A stretch of 64,000 nucleotides of DNA from Octopus vulgaris. Its lineage: Eukaryota. Of this stretch, positions 51,408 through 64,000 are shown one piece after another. The notes below the pieces were generated by a model. The model made no database searches and was not told the origin of the DNA. It worked only from the letters and a program-made list of their open reading frames with translations. Made by a program: the position numbers and the translations under genes. The number at the start of each line of letters is the position of its first letter. Position 1 is the first letter of the stretch. The DNA is taken from contig OX597820.1 in assembly GCA_951406725.2 (NCBI GenBank), positions 93,620,001-93,684,000 on the forward strand. Reading direction: 5' to 3'.

Positions 51408-52062
51408 CAAATACACTTGCACGTATTATAGTTGTAATGTCGATATTGAAAGAAAAATTATTCTACGTTTATATATATTTTTTAGCTTCTGCGTAAATTT
51501 ATGTAAATGTAAAAAGAACTATATTTTGCAAATAAATCCTGAATATATCCATTACTTGTGAGGAAAAAAATATCTTCCCCATACAGAGAGAGGAGGGGGA
51601 CGAGAAAGGCGGGGGAAATAAGATTTTGGACGCCTGTAAAAAAAGCTTAGAAAATATATAAATCTCCGACTTCATTTGAAGATAAGATACGGTGCATCTG
51701 TGTAAGAATTTGTGTGTTTCTTTAAAGTGGAGCGGGCATACAAATATCATAACTGGTTAAGAAAAAGAATATGCAACGAGATATGACAAGTACAGTCGAT
51801 ACGTTATCGTTTTGCATATATATATACACACATATGTGCTTGTGCCTGAGCACCCGCATGTTACATACGCACACGAATGCGTGTGTAACATGCGCGTACG
51901 CATTCGTTCTTGTGTATGTATAATATTTACATATGTATTATAATAATAATGATGTGTTCTAAATATCTAAAAACAACAGACATTAATTAAAGAAAGGACG
52001 GAACACACGATGCAGAATACAATATTTATTTATTCTATAAAGGCAACTTGACTGTGACTTCG

Positions 52063-52099
52063 AAGAAGCTTATCAAACAAACTGTTTGATAAGCTTCTT
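52063..52099. repeat. Perfect 17-bp inverted repeat with a 3-nt loop
   Basis: AAGAAGCTTATCAAACA-aac-TGTTTGATAAGCTTCTT. Confidence 0.9.
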
Positions 52100-52742
52100 T
52101 GGCGAAACTTCAAAGTTACAATCAACCGCTTATAGTGTATATACATACTTATATGTACACACACACACACATGTATATATATGTGTGCACAGCATTCATA
52201 GGAAACTGCTTGATGGAAGTTGGCAATGAATGGCGTTCTTTTTCTCTCTTTATTAACAGTCTTTTTAATTTAATTTTATTTAGTCCGGTTTAAGAGGAAA
52301 TGTTACAGGGACGTTATCTCTGTTAAGATATCCCGATTATATGGCTCTCTTTCGAATAACATCCACGTTGGCACTTTCAAGAAAAAAGCCAGCTTGAAAA
52401 GCAATATTCCCAAATGTCTTTTAAACGACAGTAAAAATGGGGTCTTTTTAAGCATGTCAGGCAGAGCAGCCGATCACATAGGTGCAAAAAGGCGGGAAAA
52501 TGGTTAGCTATTTTATAGAGGTATAGAAAACGTTTGATTTCAGCGCACGCAAGATGGCGGATAATGTATTTCTCTCGCTTCACCTCGTTAAATTTGGAGA
52601 AATATCATACAAGTTGAAGACATTTCTCGCCCTCATGTCATTCTATATCTAAAGTGAAAATCAAAACATGCAAACATACATATGCATATATACATGCATA
52701 CGCGTACACATACGTATTCGTATATATGCACGCGTTCGCATG

Positions 52743-52789
<47 letters not shown>

Positions 52790-52799
52790 GCACGTATAC

Positions 52800-52985
52800 C
52801 CAATTCAAAGGACAAAATTAAAAACTGAGAAAAAGAAGAAAAAAAACGAACGTGAGGACGTGCACAAGACGACGTGAAAGGAGTGAGTTGTAAACGTTTC
52901 GAGCATAGCTCTTCGTCGGAAAGAGGAAATTCCAAAGAGAATGAAGGAAAAATAAGGAAAAATCGCCAACAATCAACGTGCGGTT
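52800..52985 (-). mobile_element. Penelope-like terminal fragment with a degenerate hammerhead (52891-52924)
   Basis: Minus strand CCGACGA-A-GAGC tat GCTC-GAAA-CG-TT; helix I is unpaired; (TA)n flanks. Confidence 0.4.
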
Positions 52986-55900
52986 ATGTAAATATATATA
53001 TATATATATATATAAACGATAAACGTCGCCCTTTTCAAGCCTAGCCAGACTCATGGGCCTGGTTTCAGAATATATTGAGTCTAATTAAAGTATATAGTGA
53101 AAGGAACTTAATACACCATGGTTGGTGGAGGGTGTTAGTCGATTACATCGACCTCGAAATGGTGACAGATGAAGTCGACCTTGGCGGTGTTTGAGCTCAG
53201 AACGTAAAGGCAGACGATATGCTGCTAAGCATTTTGTTCGGCGTATAAATTATTCTGCCAACTTGCCGCCTTGATAATAATCCTCTCTACTAAAGGAATA
53301 AGGGCTGAAATTTTCGGAGAGGGAGCTAGTCGATTACATCACCCCCAGTGCTCGATTGGTGCCTATTTCATTGATCCCGAAAAAAATGAAAGGCAAAGTC
53401 AACCTTGGCAGAATTTGAACTCAGAACGTGAAAGCGGACAAAATGCTGCTAATTATAAGTTCTAACTCTGCTACAAGAACCGACACAATTATGAAGATAA
53501 ATGAAAGCCTGTACTTGACTGTAATTTATTTTATCGACTCTGCAAGACTGAGTAAAGGGCCAAGTTAATCCATTAAACTCCGGGATTAAAATCGTTTAAT
53601 TAATCTAATGGTTTTCTGATTATTACTATAGAAATAGAGACCGAATAAAAACGAACTAAATTGTTAAAATCCTTCAAGAAAGTCGTCGAAAGGAGTAGCA
53701 ATTTCCTATACGAAAATCTTAAGTACTAAGAGATTGACTAACGAAAGGATTAATGGATTGATTTGTAGATATATGATATGCCTGCGTATAGGTGGGGTCG
53801 GGGTTATTGTAGGAATCAACAGATAAAATAGTCTGAAAATGAAAGCCTGTGTGAATTTATCGTCCGCTGTTATTTCTGATATAGTATAAGTGAAATTAAA
53901 AATAAATGAACGCTATATGATTTCATCAAACTGTCACATTTAAACTACATATTTCATTTTAAGAGAAATAATAACCAAACGTTAGTGAGGGAGAACTGCT
54001 TTCAGATTCAGAACGTAGCTGTCACTACACAAACTTCTTAGATTGTACAAAAAATAAATAAACAAATAAATGAATAAAAGATATGACTGATTAGTATGAA
54101 GTCCCCTGTCATTACGTTCCAGACTCATTGTCTCTTCTGATTTTTCTGCAGCTACCACAGGAGCATTTGCTCCTCAGCACTCAGGCCCACCTGACTCGCG
54201 CATCTCTTCTCACCTCCTCTTGTATCCACTCGCACTAAACGCAATCCCATCGCTAAAATGTGTGATTTTAATTCAAATTTCTTAGCTTACTACATGGAAC
54301 ATGCTAGAGTTCACCCACATTACTTTTAACTTTATATGCAGCAGCCATTCTTAGTTCTTTGTTTTTTTTCCTCTCCCAGACAAATTTACAATTAAGTATG
54401 ACTGGCTGACATTTACACAGAATAAACAAATGCCAGAAATAAAATTATTTCTCTAACTTCTTTGTGTTCAGATTTAACGAACACCTAAACTATTGCTAAT
54501 TCCCAATTACAAATACAATATCCCAGATTTTTTTTCAACTATAATTATATTTTCCTGTGATCAAAGACCGAGAAAAAAAACCCAGAATACTACTTTCTTT
54601 TGGCGAGAACAATAAGGTTTTGCTGCTGTCGTTGCGAGGCTCAGTTCAATCCCGAGCTAGCCGATCATTGATCAAATATATATTAGCAACAGAGGCGGTA
54701 TTTATACCGAGAATGTTTATCCCTTCTTAAACGTGGATGTTCTATCAGAACAAACTTTTCTGCGGTCACTAATATATATTCAACAAACTGGCTAATAGCG
54801 ACAGCAGCGTGTTCTGGTACTGTCAATTTATATATCGCTGGCGGGGAGATGAACTATTGCTGCTTCTAGGTCTAGTATCCATCATTGACAAGACCGAACA
54901 AGGTCGAAATCACGTCATCTGGTTGTCTTGGTGCTGGAAGTAGCAGGGTTTTATCTCCAACTAGCGATATAAAGAAAGTGCATTTTGCATGAGAGTTTCT
55001 CTCATGGTAACTACCTCAGTAAATTTAGTTCTAATAGAACATTCACATTTGAGTGGGGATAAATATAACTCCTTTGATCAAATTTTTTTCAGTCACGCCT
55101 GTCTCGTGTGTATCGAGAACTATATTTGTCCAATGTACTATTACATTTTTTAAATAAAAGAAACCCCTCTGTCGTGTGTGCATTGATGGATATTCGGTTG
55201 TTGTTTTTAGCAGAACGATCAATGATACAGAGGCTCTCTTGCTAGCTGGAGAAGCTTATATAAATCAAATGGATAATACAATAGTGGCTAACTGTTAATC
55301 CGAGGTACTTGATAGATATTTTGGGGTGGCGGGTTACAAAGAGCTAAATTTCAAACAGTTGGCTGTACATCTATCATCGGATGTAATGTTTACGTTATTA
55401 GGGCTCGGGTGCGCCAACGGCCGATTCTCTCCATGGTCACACATCCTGCAAGAGACAGCTGCCAAAAATTTCGCAAATCAAGCCCTATCATTTTAAGTAT
55501 AAAAATAACACATTGGACAATGTAGTGCTAGATATGTAAAAGACAGGATGGTCAAAGCTGGAAGGCCTTTGTAAATATGTACAACTTAATACCGTGTGGA
55601 ATTAATATGAACATCAGTTCTATCAAGTTCACAAATTGGAATGCGTCTGCTTCTTTTGCGTAGTGGTCAGATAGCACATGGCGCTTCCATTTCGTTGTTT
55701 ATATGATTTGCCTTGTGGACAACGAAACAAATATTTGTTTTACAAAATAATCATTTTTGTCTTATGCAAGCTGCCATCGTTGGCATCTTTATTGCATTAT
55801 TTAATGATTCCTCTTTTTTCTCTTTATTTACTAATGGTACCTCTGGTAAACAGAGTTTACCAATGTGAAATCTTACCTACTTCATGAGTTTCTAAGATCT

Positions 55901-58900
55901 CTTAAGAACTCGTATAATATTTCACTCCAGTATATGTTTGAAATATGATTATCTAGCTGTCTTGTATGTTCGTATACCTATTTGAGATATTAAGGTTCGT
56001 TAGCATGGCTGTTTTATTTATTTATTTACTCATTTTTTTTTTGTAGAAATATGTTGGAGTGAATTCTCTTCCAATGCATGATGGTGATATGACAAACTCC
56101 TATTGGTTCATTTGTCAGTGTAATAAATTTGTTTAAATTTTAATTGGGTCGTATTCTCTATCTAAAATCCATATAAATTTATGTTGTTGAGTAAATTATT
56201 AGAGGTTTGCAATATATGTTCACACATATTCACAATTCATTTCCACCCCCACCTTACATAATATCATCGCCACAAATGATAAGGCTTTTTCTAGTCAATT
56301 TACTTAATTCGTGCCTACAGCTTTACCACATTGGTTTTTACTCCCAGTATGTTCCTCCTCTCTTTCTCTCTTTATCTCTCTCTCTTTCTCTCTTTATCTC
56401 TCTCTCTCTCTCTCGCTCTCGCGCGCGCGAAGAGGAACCTTCAGTTGAAAAAGTAAATCTGTACCAACTACACGTTTTTGTGTCTTATCTTTCAACTTGA
56501 AGACCCTGAGGTTTTGAGGAAAGCAATTAACATTCCAGTTGTCAGCTGCACGATGGTGATAATGATGACGCCGACGGGAATAAATGTAATTTCTAACACA
56601 AGCCCAAGGGCACATATAATTAGGAAAAGGACCGTTGGTTATATCGATCCTTAGTATTTCTCCAGGAACTTACTCCATCTACGCTGGTGTTATTTGAACT
56701 CGCATAGTAAAATGAGAAAGAAATATTCTGTTTTTCGCTTTTTGTATAATTCATTCAATGCTGAATTATCTACTGTGACTTATTTATTTTTAATGGCAGT
56801 AGAGTGATGAAGATTAGGCTGCTAATTTTAATTCTAGCAGGCGGAAAGGTCGCTTCGAGTCATGAAGGCTTATTTTGGACAATACTTGTATGGATGGTAC
56901 TTCGTCGTTTGATCAAACTATATAGGGCGTGGATCTGCTCAGTGAGGACTGATAGAGTTACATATACGACTGCGATATCGAAACAATAAATGACTTGCTA
57001 GAAATATCAACTAAATCTCTTTCAAATTACATACTAGAGACTTAAAAGATAGAATAAAAACAAAAGAAAAGACATCTAACAATGTAGTACTGAACATATT
57101 AAAGGTATGAAAAGGACTGGATGATCACGATAGGAACATCTTTGCTGATAGGTCTCTTCGCTTTTGACTGATGTTTAATCACGGAAATACCGAAACAACT
57201 ACTTCATTACGCGTAATTCATGTCTGCAATTACACAAAACGAAACTGAAACTATTATTATTCCAAACTAGTTACATTTCAATATTACATTTATTTCTGTT
57301 TCACAGAGCTATTTATAACACACTCATCATCATCGTCATAATCATAATCAGCAGTAGTAGTGGTGGCGATGATGATGATGATAATAGTAATAATGATGAT
57401 AATGGAAGTGGTGGTAGCAACAGCAGCTGTAACAGCACTCATCTGTTTTTACCATTCAGTTATACAGGAAGGAATTCTGGCCGAACGGAGTGATTCCCTT
57501 AACTCCGCTTTTCCAAGAAATTGTTGGCATTTAAAAATGATATTTTTATTTATTCCTTTATTTTTTTTTTTTATTTCATTTCTTTTTTATTATCAGCTCA
57601 GCCGCATCTTCGTTGCTGCTTTTTTTTCAACCCTTGGCCAATAATATTTTGAGGCTAAATTGAAGGGGTATAGGAGAAAGAAGTTAACTTTTGATACAGA
57701 CCGAAAGAAAAATATACACAAGATAGAAAGGAAAAACTTGTGGATGATAAAATAACTTAGATAGGATGTTTGGCAAATTGTCAGCTGATTCGAGTTTGAT
57801 ATCAACAGCAGTAACAATAATATTATCAGTAACAACAGCAGCTACATAAATGTACAGACATATTTTTCGGTGCTTGCTGAAAGATTTGCTTTTACATGGT
57901 GCTTGAGAAGGCAACGCATAGAAAAAACCCTCTACATCAGATCTACTTCAATTGTGGCAAAGCCTTGTAAGTGTCGAAGACCGCATTTTTGGATTCTCTG
58001 TGTAAATATACATCACAAGTAATAATCTCAATTGATTTTATTCGGGGTACATATTACTGTAACGTTTTTATTTTATTAGAACATTTAAATGCCCCCCACC
58101 CAAAAAAAAAGGTAAGAAGAGAGAAAAGAAAATGACGATAGAATAAGTACTGGGCTTACAAAAAGTACTGGGCTTACAAAGAATAAGTACTGGGCTTACA
58201 AAGAATAAGTCCCGGGGTCGAGTTGCTCGATTAAAGGCGGTGCTCCAGCATGGCCGCAGTCAAATGACTGAAACAAGTAAAAGAGAGAGAGAGAGAGAGA
58301 GAGAGAACGAAAGATGGAGAAGGTGGTGGTGATGGGCCACACACCCCAAAATAAATGGGGTGCTCAGCCACGCCCCGTGGTAATGACCACGATGACCTTG
58401 CGCGGTGAATTACTTGCAACTGGGGTCGATCTAATCGACTGACCTCCTCCCCCCAAATTTCGGGCCTTGTGCCTATAGTAGAAAAGGATATTTATAACAA
58501 GAAGGCAGAAACAATAAATCGACAAAGAGTCTGCGTTGTGAGTAGCTGAAAGAGGAGTGGGTAGTATAATGTGAATTAACCAATAGTTTTACTTTTCGAA
58601 AAAGAAAACGAAAATAAGAAAAATAATGGTTAGATGCAAAAAAAAAAAAAAAGCAAACACATACAACACTGAATTTAAGAAAGGTGTTGAAAATGATGTA
58701 ATTACATCACATAAAAATCCTTTATCACGATCAGAGTCAAGAGATAATTAACCTTCTACTCTAATCTTGGCAGTTTAAGTAATTTGAAGTGATCGGGTTT
58801 TAGTGCAGACATTGCTGTACGGCTAAAAAGTCCGCTTCTTATTGCGTTATACTTTGGGCAAATTCTATAGACGGAAACTATGTGGAAGATCGTCGCAGAG

Positions 58901-60679
58901 GCTGTTACACAGGTGGTTTAACATCACCATCTGCACTTTTAGTGAAATTCTACCTGTTGCAAGCAACTGGCCCCGGTGTCTGGTCCGAACATAATTTCAT
59001 CCTTTCCTCCCATCGGCTCCGAATGTCCTGCAGACCTTCCAATTAATAAATATAGTTTAACCGCCCCACCCCCGAAAATGGTGATGTAACAGGAGAATAC
59101 ACATGAAAGAAATAGAATTTTATATATACATACATACATATATATATATATATCAGCCATGTTGCATACGGATAGGTTTTCTTTTATAAGTGGACTCGTT
59201 GAGACAGAAGAGTCCCAGATCAATTCTGATCAAACATATTTGTGATCGAAATCGTTCCAGTCACGCTCGATCCACTTTTATGTTTCTACAACCAATGGTC
59301 TACATCATCAGGTGCATTCGTCAAAGTAAAGACGGTAGCTCAGAATGTCAAGCATGATTTGAACTCAAAACGTATTGTTGCTTATTTTATTTACGACAAT
59401 GTCAACTGTCTTCCATCGTTTCGAGAATGTGGGAACGATAAGATAAAATAAGCACTAACACCGAAAACCGATTTAATGATTGTGCTTTTCCCTAAAATAT
59501 GTCCTTCATGCATACGTCAGAATTTAATAAATACGTAGGTTCCCTTTGACATCAGACATGGTTAAAAATCAACTGAAGACGGCATCAGATAAATCTCGGA
59601 TGTTTAGGGCGTTCTATGTCATTGCGTAGAAAGGATTGGTCGCTAGACACTAGATACGGTTTAATTTTTACTTCTAATTTAGAAGCTAATTAAGTCAGTG
59701 ACATCACGAGAAATTAGAGGATTTTCTATAATTTTTTTCCTATTCTATTTCATTCTGTTACCGATTTCAGCCATTTTTGCCTTTTATCTTTCCAGGGTCG
59801 ATATAATCGATTGTGACCATTTCCCCAAACATTTGCCCCCGTGCCTATGTTAGAAATGATTTGATAGTAATAAAATGTGCAGGTATTTGGAACAATTTAG
59901 CAATGGTGCTTGTATAAAAAAAAAAAAACATAGATGGCAGCTTTAATTTACTAGATATTTTAAAACAAGCGGCTTTATACGAAAAACTGAGAGACGGTCT
60001 CAGAAGTGTAGAGTGATATAAAAAAAGCTTATAAAAAAAGTTCTTTATATATATTTTTTGGCATGTGAATTAGACATAAGCTACTAACCTCGTTCCCCTT
60101 TGGGAGGCAAGCAGAGGTTGAGTAATAGACACATTTTACACTATGAAGACCAGTGTATTGTTTAGAATTGAACCGTTCGCTTCTATGGCCTGTTATTAAT
60201 TACCTCAGAAGACGCAACACACGACCAGCTGGACTGTTCACTGCAGTCCTTTAAAAGAAGAGACAGAAAAGAGCGGATATGAATAGAAAGAGATGATAGA
60301 TAGATAGATTGATAGACAGACAGATATGAAAGATAAATAGATAATCATTTTACGTCTGGTCTTATCTATATGAAGGCGCGTGGCCTAGCTGTTAGGGCGC
60401 TGGGTTCGCGATCGGTATGTCGAAGGTTCGATTCTCCGACGGGGCAGTGCGTTGCATCCTTTAGCAAAGTACTTCATTTCACGCTGCTTCCGTCCACTCA
60501 GTTAGAAATTAGTATCACCAGTAGATGGTGGAAATTGACATCCGTTCGGAAATACTACTACTAATACTACTACTACTCATGCTCTTAACATGTCTACTGC
60601 AATATATAATATTTCAAACTAGTCACGATAAGCTCTGACCTACCTGTTGGCCTTTGGGCTCGTGACAGACTTATGATTA

Positions 60680-61022
60680 GATCGACACCAGTACGCAACT
60701 GGTACTTAATTTATCGACCTCGAAAGGATGAAAGGCAAAGTCGACCTCGGCGGAATCTGAAATCAAAAACGTAGCGGCAGACGAAATACCTATTTCTTTA
60801 CTACCCACAAAGGGCTAAATTACAGGGAGGACAAACAAGGACAGACAAACGGATTAAGTCGATTACATCGACCCCAGTGCGTAACTGGTACTTAATTTAT
60901 CGACCCCGAAAGGATGAAAGGCAAAGTCGACCTCGGCGGAATTTGAACTCACAACGTAACGGCAGACGAAATACGGCTACGCATTTCGCCCGGCGTGCTA
61001 ACGTTTCTGCCAGCTCGCTGCC
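60680..61022 (-). mobile_element. SINE family A: one complete copy plus an adjacent partial copy
   Basis: Reverse-complement match to the 28182 copy, with a duplicated core. Confidence 0.85.
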
Positions 61023-62960
61023 TTTTTAATAAAATCATTATCAGATTCAATAAGATGTTTAATCTTTTCACTTTTCATATTTATTAAATTTTTTAAGTTT
61101 TGGATTTGTTTTATTGAGGTTTAAACAATTTTAGTTCGGGGATATAATCCAATTTTTTAATTGGGTCGAGGTAACAAATTGTTTAGTCTTAAAAAGTACC
61201 AAATTGTTTAGTCTTAGGTCAGCTTTGATTGAGACTACATATGATCAAAGGCATTTAACCAACCGTGACTATCCTATACATTTCCCCCACAAACGGTGCA
61301 TCCAGGAGTCCATCATCTAGTATGTTCTTTTCTTGGGCGGTAAGTTTTGTTCACACCCACACATTTGTGTATGTACATGGGTAAATAGGGCATCTCTACA
61401 ACTCCATCAGAGGTTGAGGACCCAAGCATACAACACACACATACACACACGTGTGTGTAACTATGCGGTGTTTGTATGAACGAGTTTGTTTAATCTGCGC
61501 ATCCACAGTATACACTTCCATTTTCGTCTTCATATCTGTGGGAAGTGGTGGGGTCCACAGTGCGGGTTAATTTCATAAGCCTATTAAAATAATGTTCTCC
61601 CTTTTGCACCCTCTCACCGCACCCAACTTGATTAAAATCCAGTATTTTCTTCTATTTTCAGTTGTCACGGTACAACGAATTTTAAAGACATAAGGAATTT
61701 TAATAGTTTTCTAAGACACTTGATGAAAAATGCTGCCCACAATGTTATTTCTGTTAAGGACCATTTGATATTTTCCTGAGAATAGCTATGGGAAAATTGC
61801 TAACTCAAAACACAGTTTCATAACCGCGCGGATTATATACAGTTCAGGCTATTTCAAAAGCAGTTGAACAGCATTCTCTCGGGAAAACATCAGTGAACAA
61901 AGACTTTTTAATGTAGTTTATTTCACTGCGAGATAGCTGTGTTGCCGGACGTATCTTTTGGGTTATCTTGGCATACATGTATAGCTGTTACTCGCAAGCG
62001 AGTATGGTTTAGTAGCAAAGGACCACACGTTCACTTGTTTTAGCTTGCCTGTGTAGTCGCGAGCAGGCGTAGACCTAATATCTTCTCATTGTTGGCACAA
62101 CGGAACATTGATGGGTGCGATAGCTGATAGGAATAGAGAACTAAGCCAGTAATAGGCTGGTACTCAATTTCAGCTGAAAAGATTGGAGCAACGGGAACTA
62201 AAGTGCTTTGCTCAAAGACACAACGCACCAAGTCAAAACTTGAACGTACGATCTTATGATCACGAGACCAACTTCCTAACCATTAGGCCACACGCCTTCA
62301 TACGCATAAAAGATTATCTTACCGATGCAGTTTTGACATCAGTAAGGTAACCTGAAGGAGATCATTGTTCTTCGATATATCACCCCCAAAAGTTGTTGAA
62401 CCTTTATAAAACTCAAGAGAAATCCACAAGACAATACTGTTCACAAATCTGAGACACTGCCAGTTCTCTACATACGGATAACTTAGACTTCGTAAAAAAC
62501 CTCCAACAAATTAAGGCTAGATTTCACAAATAAAACTTAACCTAATTAACCCATTATTTTGTTGTTTTTACATCCATCACCTACTTTTGGCCACCCCATT
62601 ATCACCCCACTTTTCTTCAACGCCCCATCCACCCCTGGATCTTTCCACCCCTCCCAGAGGGGAGGGATAGTACCACCCACTTTGGGAACCACTGCATTAC
62701 AACCTCTAGCCCACAGACGTAATCTCCCATCTCCTGGCTTTTCTACTGCTACTCTATCGGTCTATATTCCTGAGCATTAGTTGCACGCTAATATCCACCC
62801 AAGCCACCCGACATCCCTCCTCCTCCTCTCATCCCTATAGTGTCTCCCCTTCCGTAACCCTCTCACTAATCACTGTCAACATTTCTCTCTGCACGGCAGG
62901 GTTAACCCGCTGGAATCGCATAGGTTTTTCCCTGTAGTAATTGACTTCAAATGTTCTAGG

Positions 62961-63197
62961 CCTGTGATTTTCAACCGGGGTCCATATGATCCTTGGGGTT
63001 ACATATAAGATTTTGCTGTCAAAATTTGTGTCAAAAATTAGTTATTCTTGTACACTACACAAAATATTTTGATTTTCTTTACACAGTTCCTAATTAATAT
63101 TTAGTTATAAAAATAAGATTTTTAAACATCGAATATATACGAGGGTCCATTTGAATAAAATAGGAATCAAAAAGCAAAAAATGGTTGAGAACCGCTG
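62961..63197. mobile_element. hAT-like MITE of the same family as 14973-15294
   Basis: Shared internal sequence (ggtccatatga..; aaaatggttgagaacc). Confidence 0.55.
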
Positions 63198-64000
63198 GTT
63201 TTAATCTGTACATCAAACATATCTGGGAAGGCCCTGCAATGGTCGTTGGCAGTGCCCCTCTCCCATCATTCTGTGATGACTAAACCATATAACCATGTCA
63301 TGTCATTTAGGTCAAGTCAGCTTTGCCCAAGATCCTCCTAAATATAGGCCTGTTAGGAAAAAGAAATACAGGCTACACGTTACTTAGTGTGTGTGTGTGT
63401 GTGTGTGTGTATGGAGAGAGAGAGAGAGAGAAAGAGAGAGAAAAGAAATGGGGAAAATGATGGAACTCACAAAATCGATGACCAGTGAACGTGTTATGAC
63501 CTTTGCAAATACTTTCTTTCCTTCCATGATAACGACGATGATTATAATTGTTTCAAAGATAGTGTCGATCGTTTGACAGCACCTCATTGATCAGCACTAA
63601 ATCACCAAAAAGTTGTTGTTTTGTTTATTTACGTAAAAAAGAAATGAAGCAATTTTTATATGTTCCCCTTCCTTACACACACACAAAGTGGATGAGCTAA
63701 TAATTAAACTACTTATTTGGTGAAACAAATGTGTCAACCACTGCATTGTGAGATTATTTGTAATCACACGGCGTTAAATGTAGCGTGATGCGTTTGGTTC
63801 GGCAAGCATTGTCTTGAAACACGAGAAAACCCGTGTATATGTAGCAATCTGAACACTATCCGGAGCATGCAGGTACGCAAGAAACGAGGAAAATTTCATA
63901 ACACAATGGGATCCCAAATTTATTTAGGTTGGTTGTTTACTTAGAATATTTGTTAAAAGAAAACACATTCTTAACATTCTAAAGATATTGTAATACATTA

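Noticed and set aside
54600-55100. Possible Helitron protein relic
   Set aside because: The weak motif resemblances occur in the wrong order; not supportable by eye.
62324-62351. Minus-strand micro-exon candidate with an ATG and gtaaga donor
   Set aside because: Its ATG frame ends in phase 2, which is incompatible with the phase-1 M6 TM1 exon; there is no other support.
1-64000. CRISPR arrays, rRNA or prokaryotic operons
   Set aside because: No repeat-spacer arrays, rRNA-like sequence or dense ORFs; the window is eukaryotic intronic DNA.

Overview
AT-rich, repeat-dense eukaryotic DNA, most likely from a cephalopod (Octopus-like), inferred from the tRNA-derived SINE families, RTE LINE relics and abundant microsatellites. 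The only protein-coding gene I can support is a minus-strand proteolipid protein (M6/DM20/PLP family) gene. It is represented by two coding exons (33048-32886 and 1705-1546) joined in frame across a ~31 kb intron, with intron phases 1-2-0 like vertebrate DM20. Its first coding exon is not securely identified, and downstream exons presumably lie left of the window. The rest is SINEs, RTE fragments, hAT/piggyBac MITEs, a hAT transposase relic and micro/minisatellites. Most notable are several minimal hammerhead-ribozyme motifs of the Penelope-like type, two embedded in long inverted repeats, and a sharp CpG-poor to CpG-rich switch near 19 kb. That switch coincides with a promoter-like, structured region that may start an alternative or nested transcript inside the M6 intron. 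All analysis was by eye. Element boundaries without a stated TSD are approximate.
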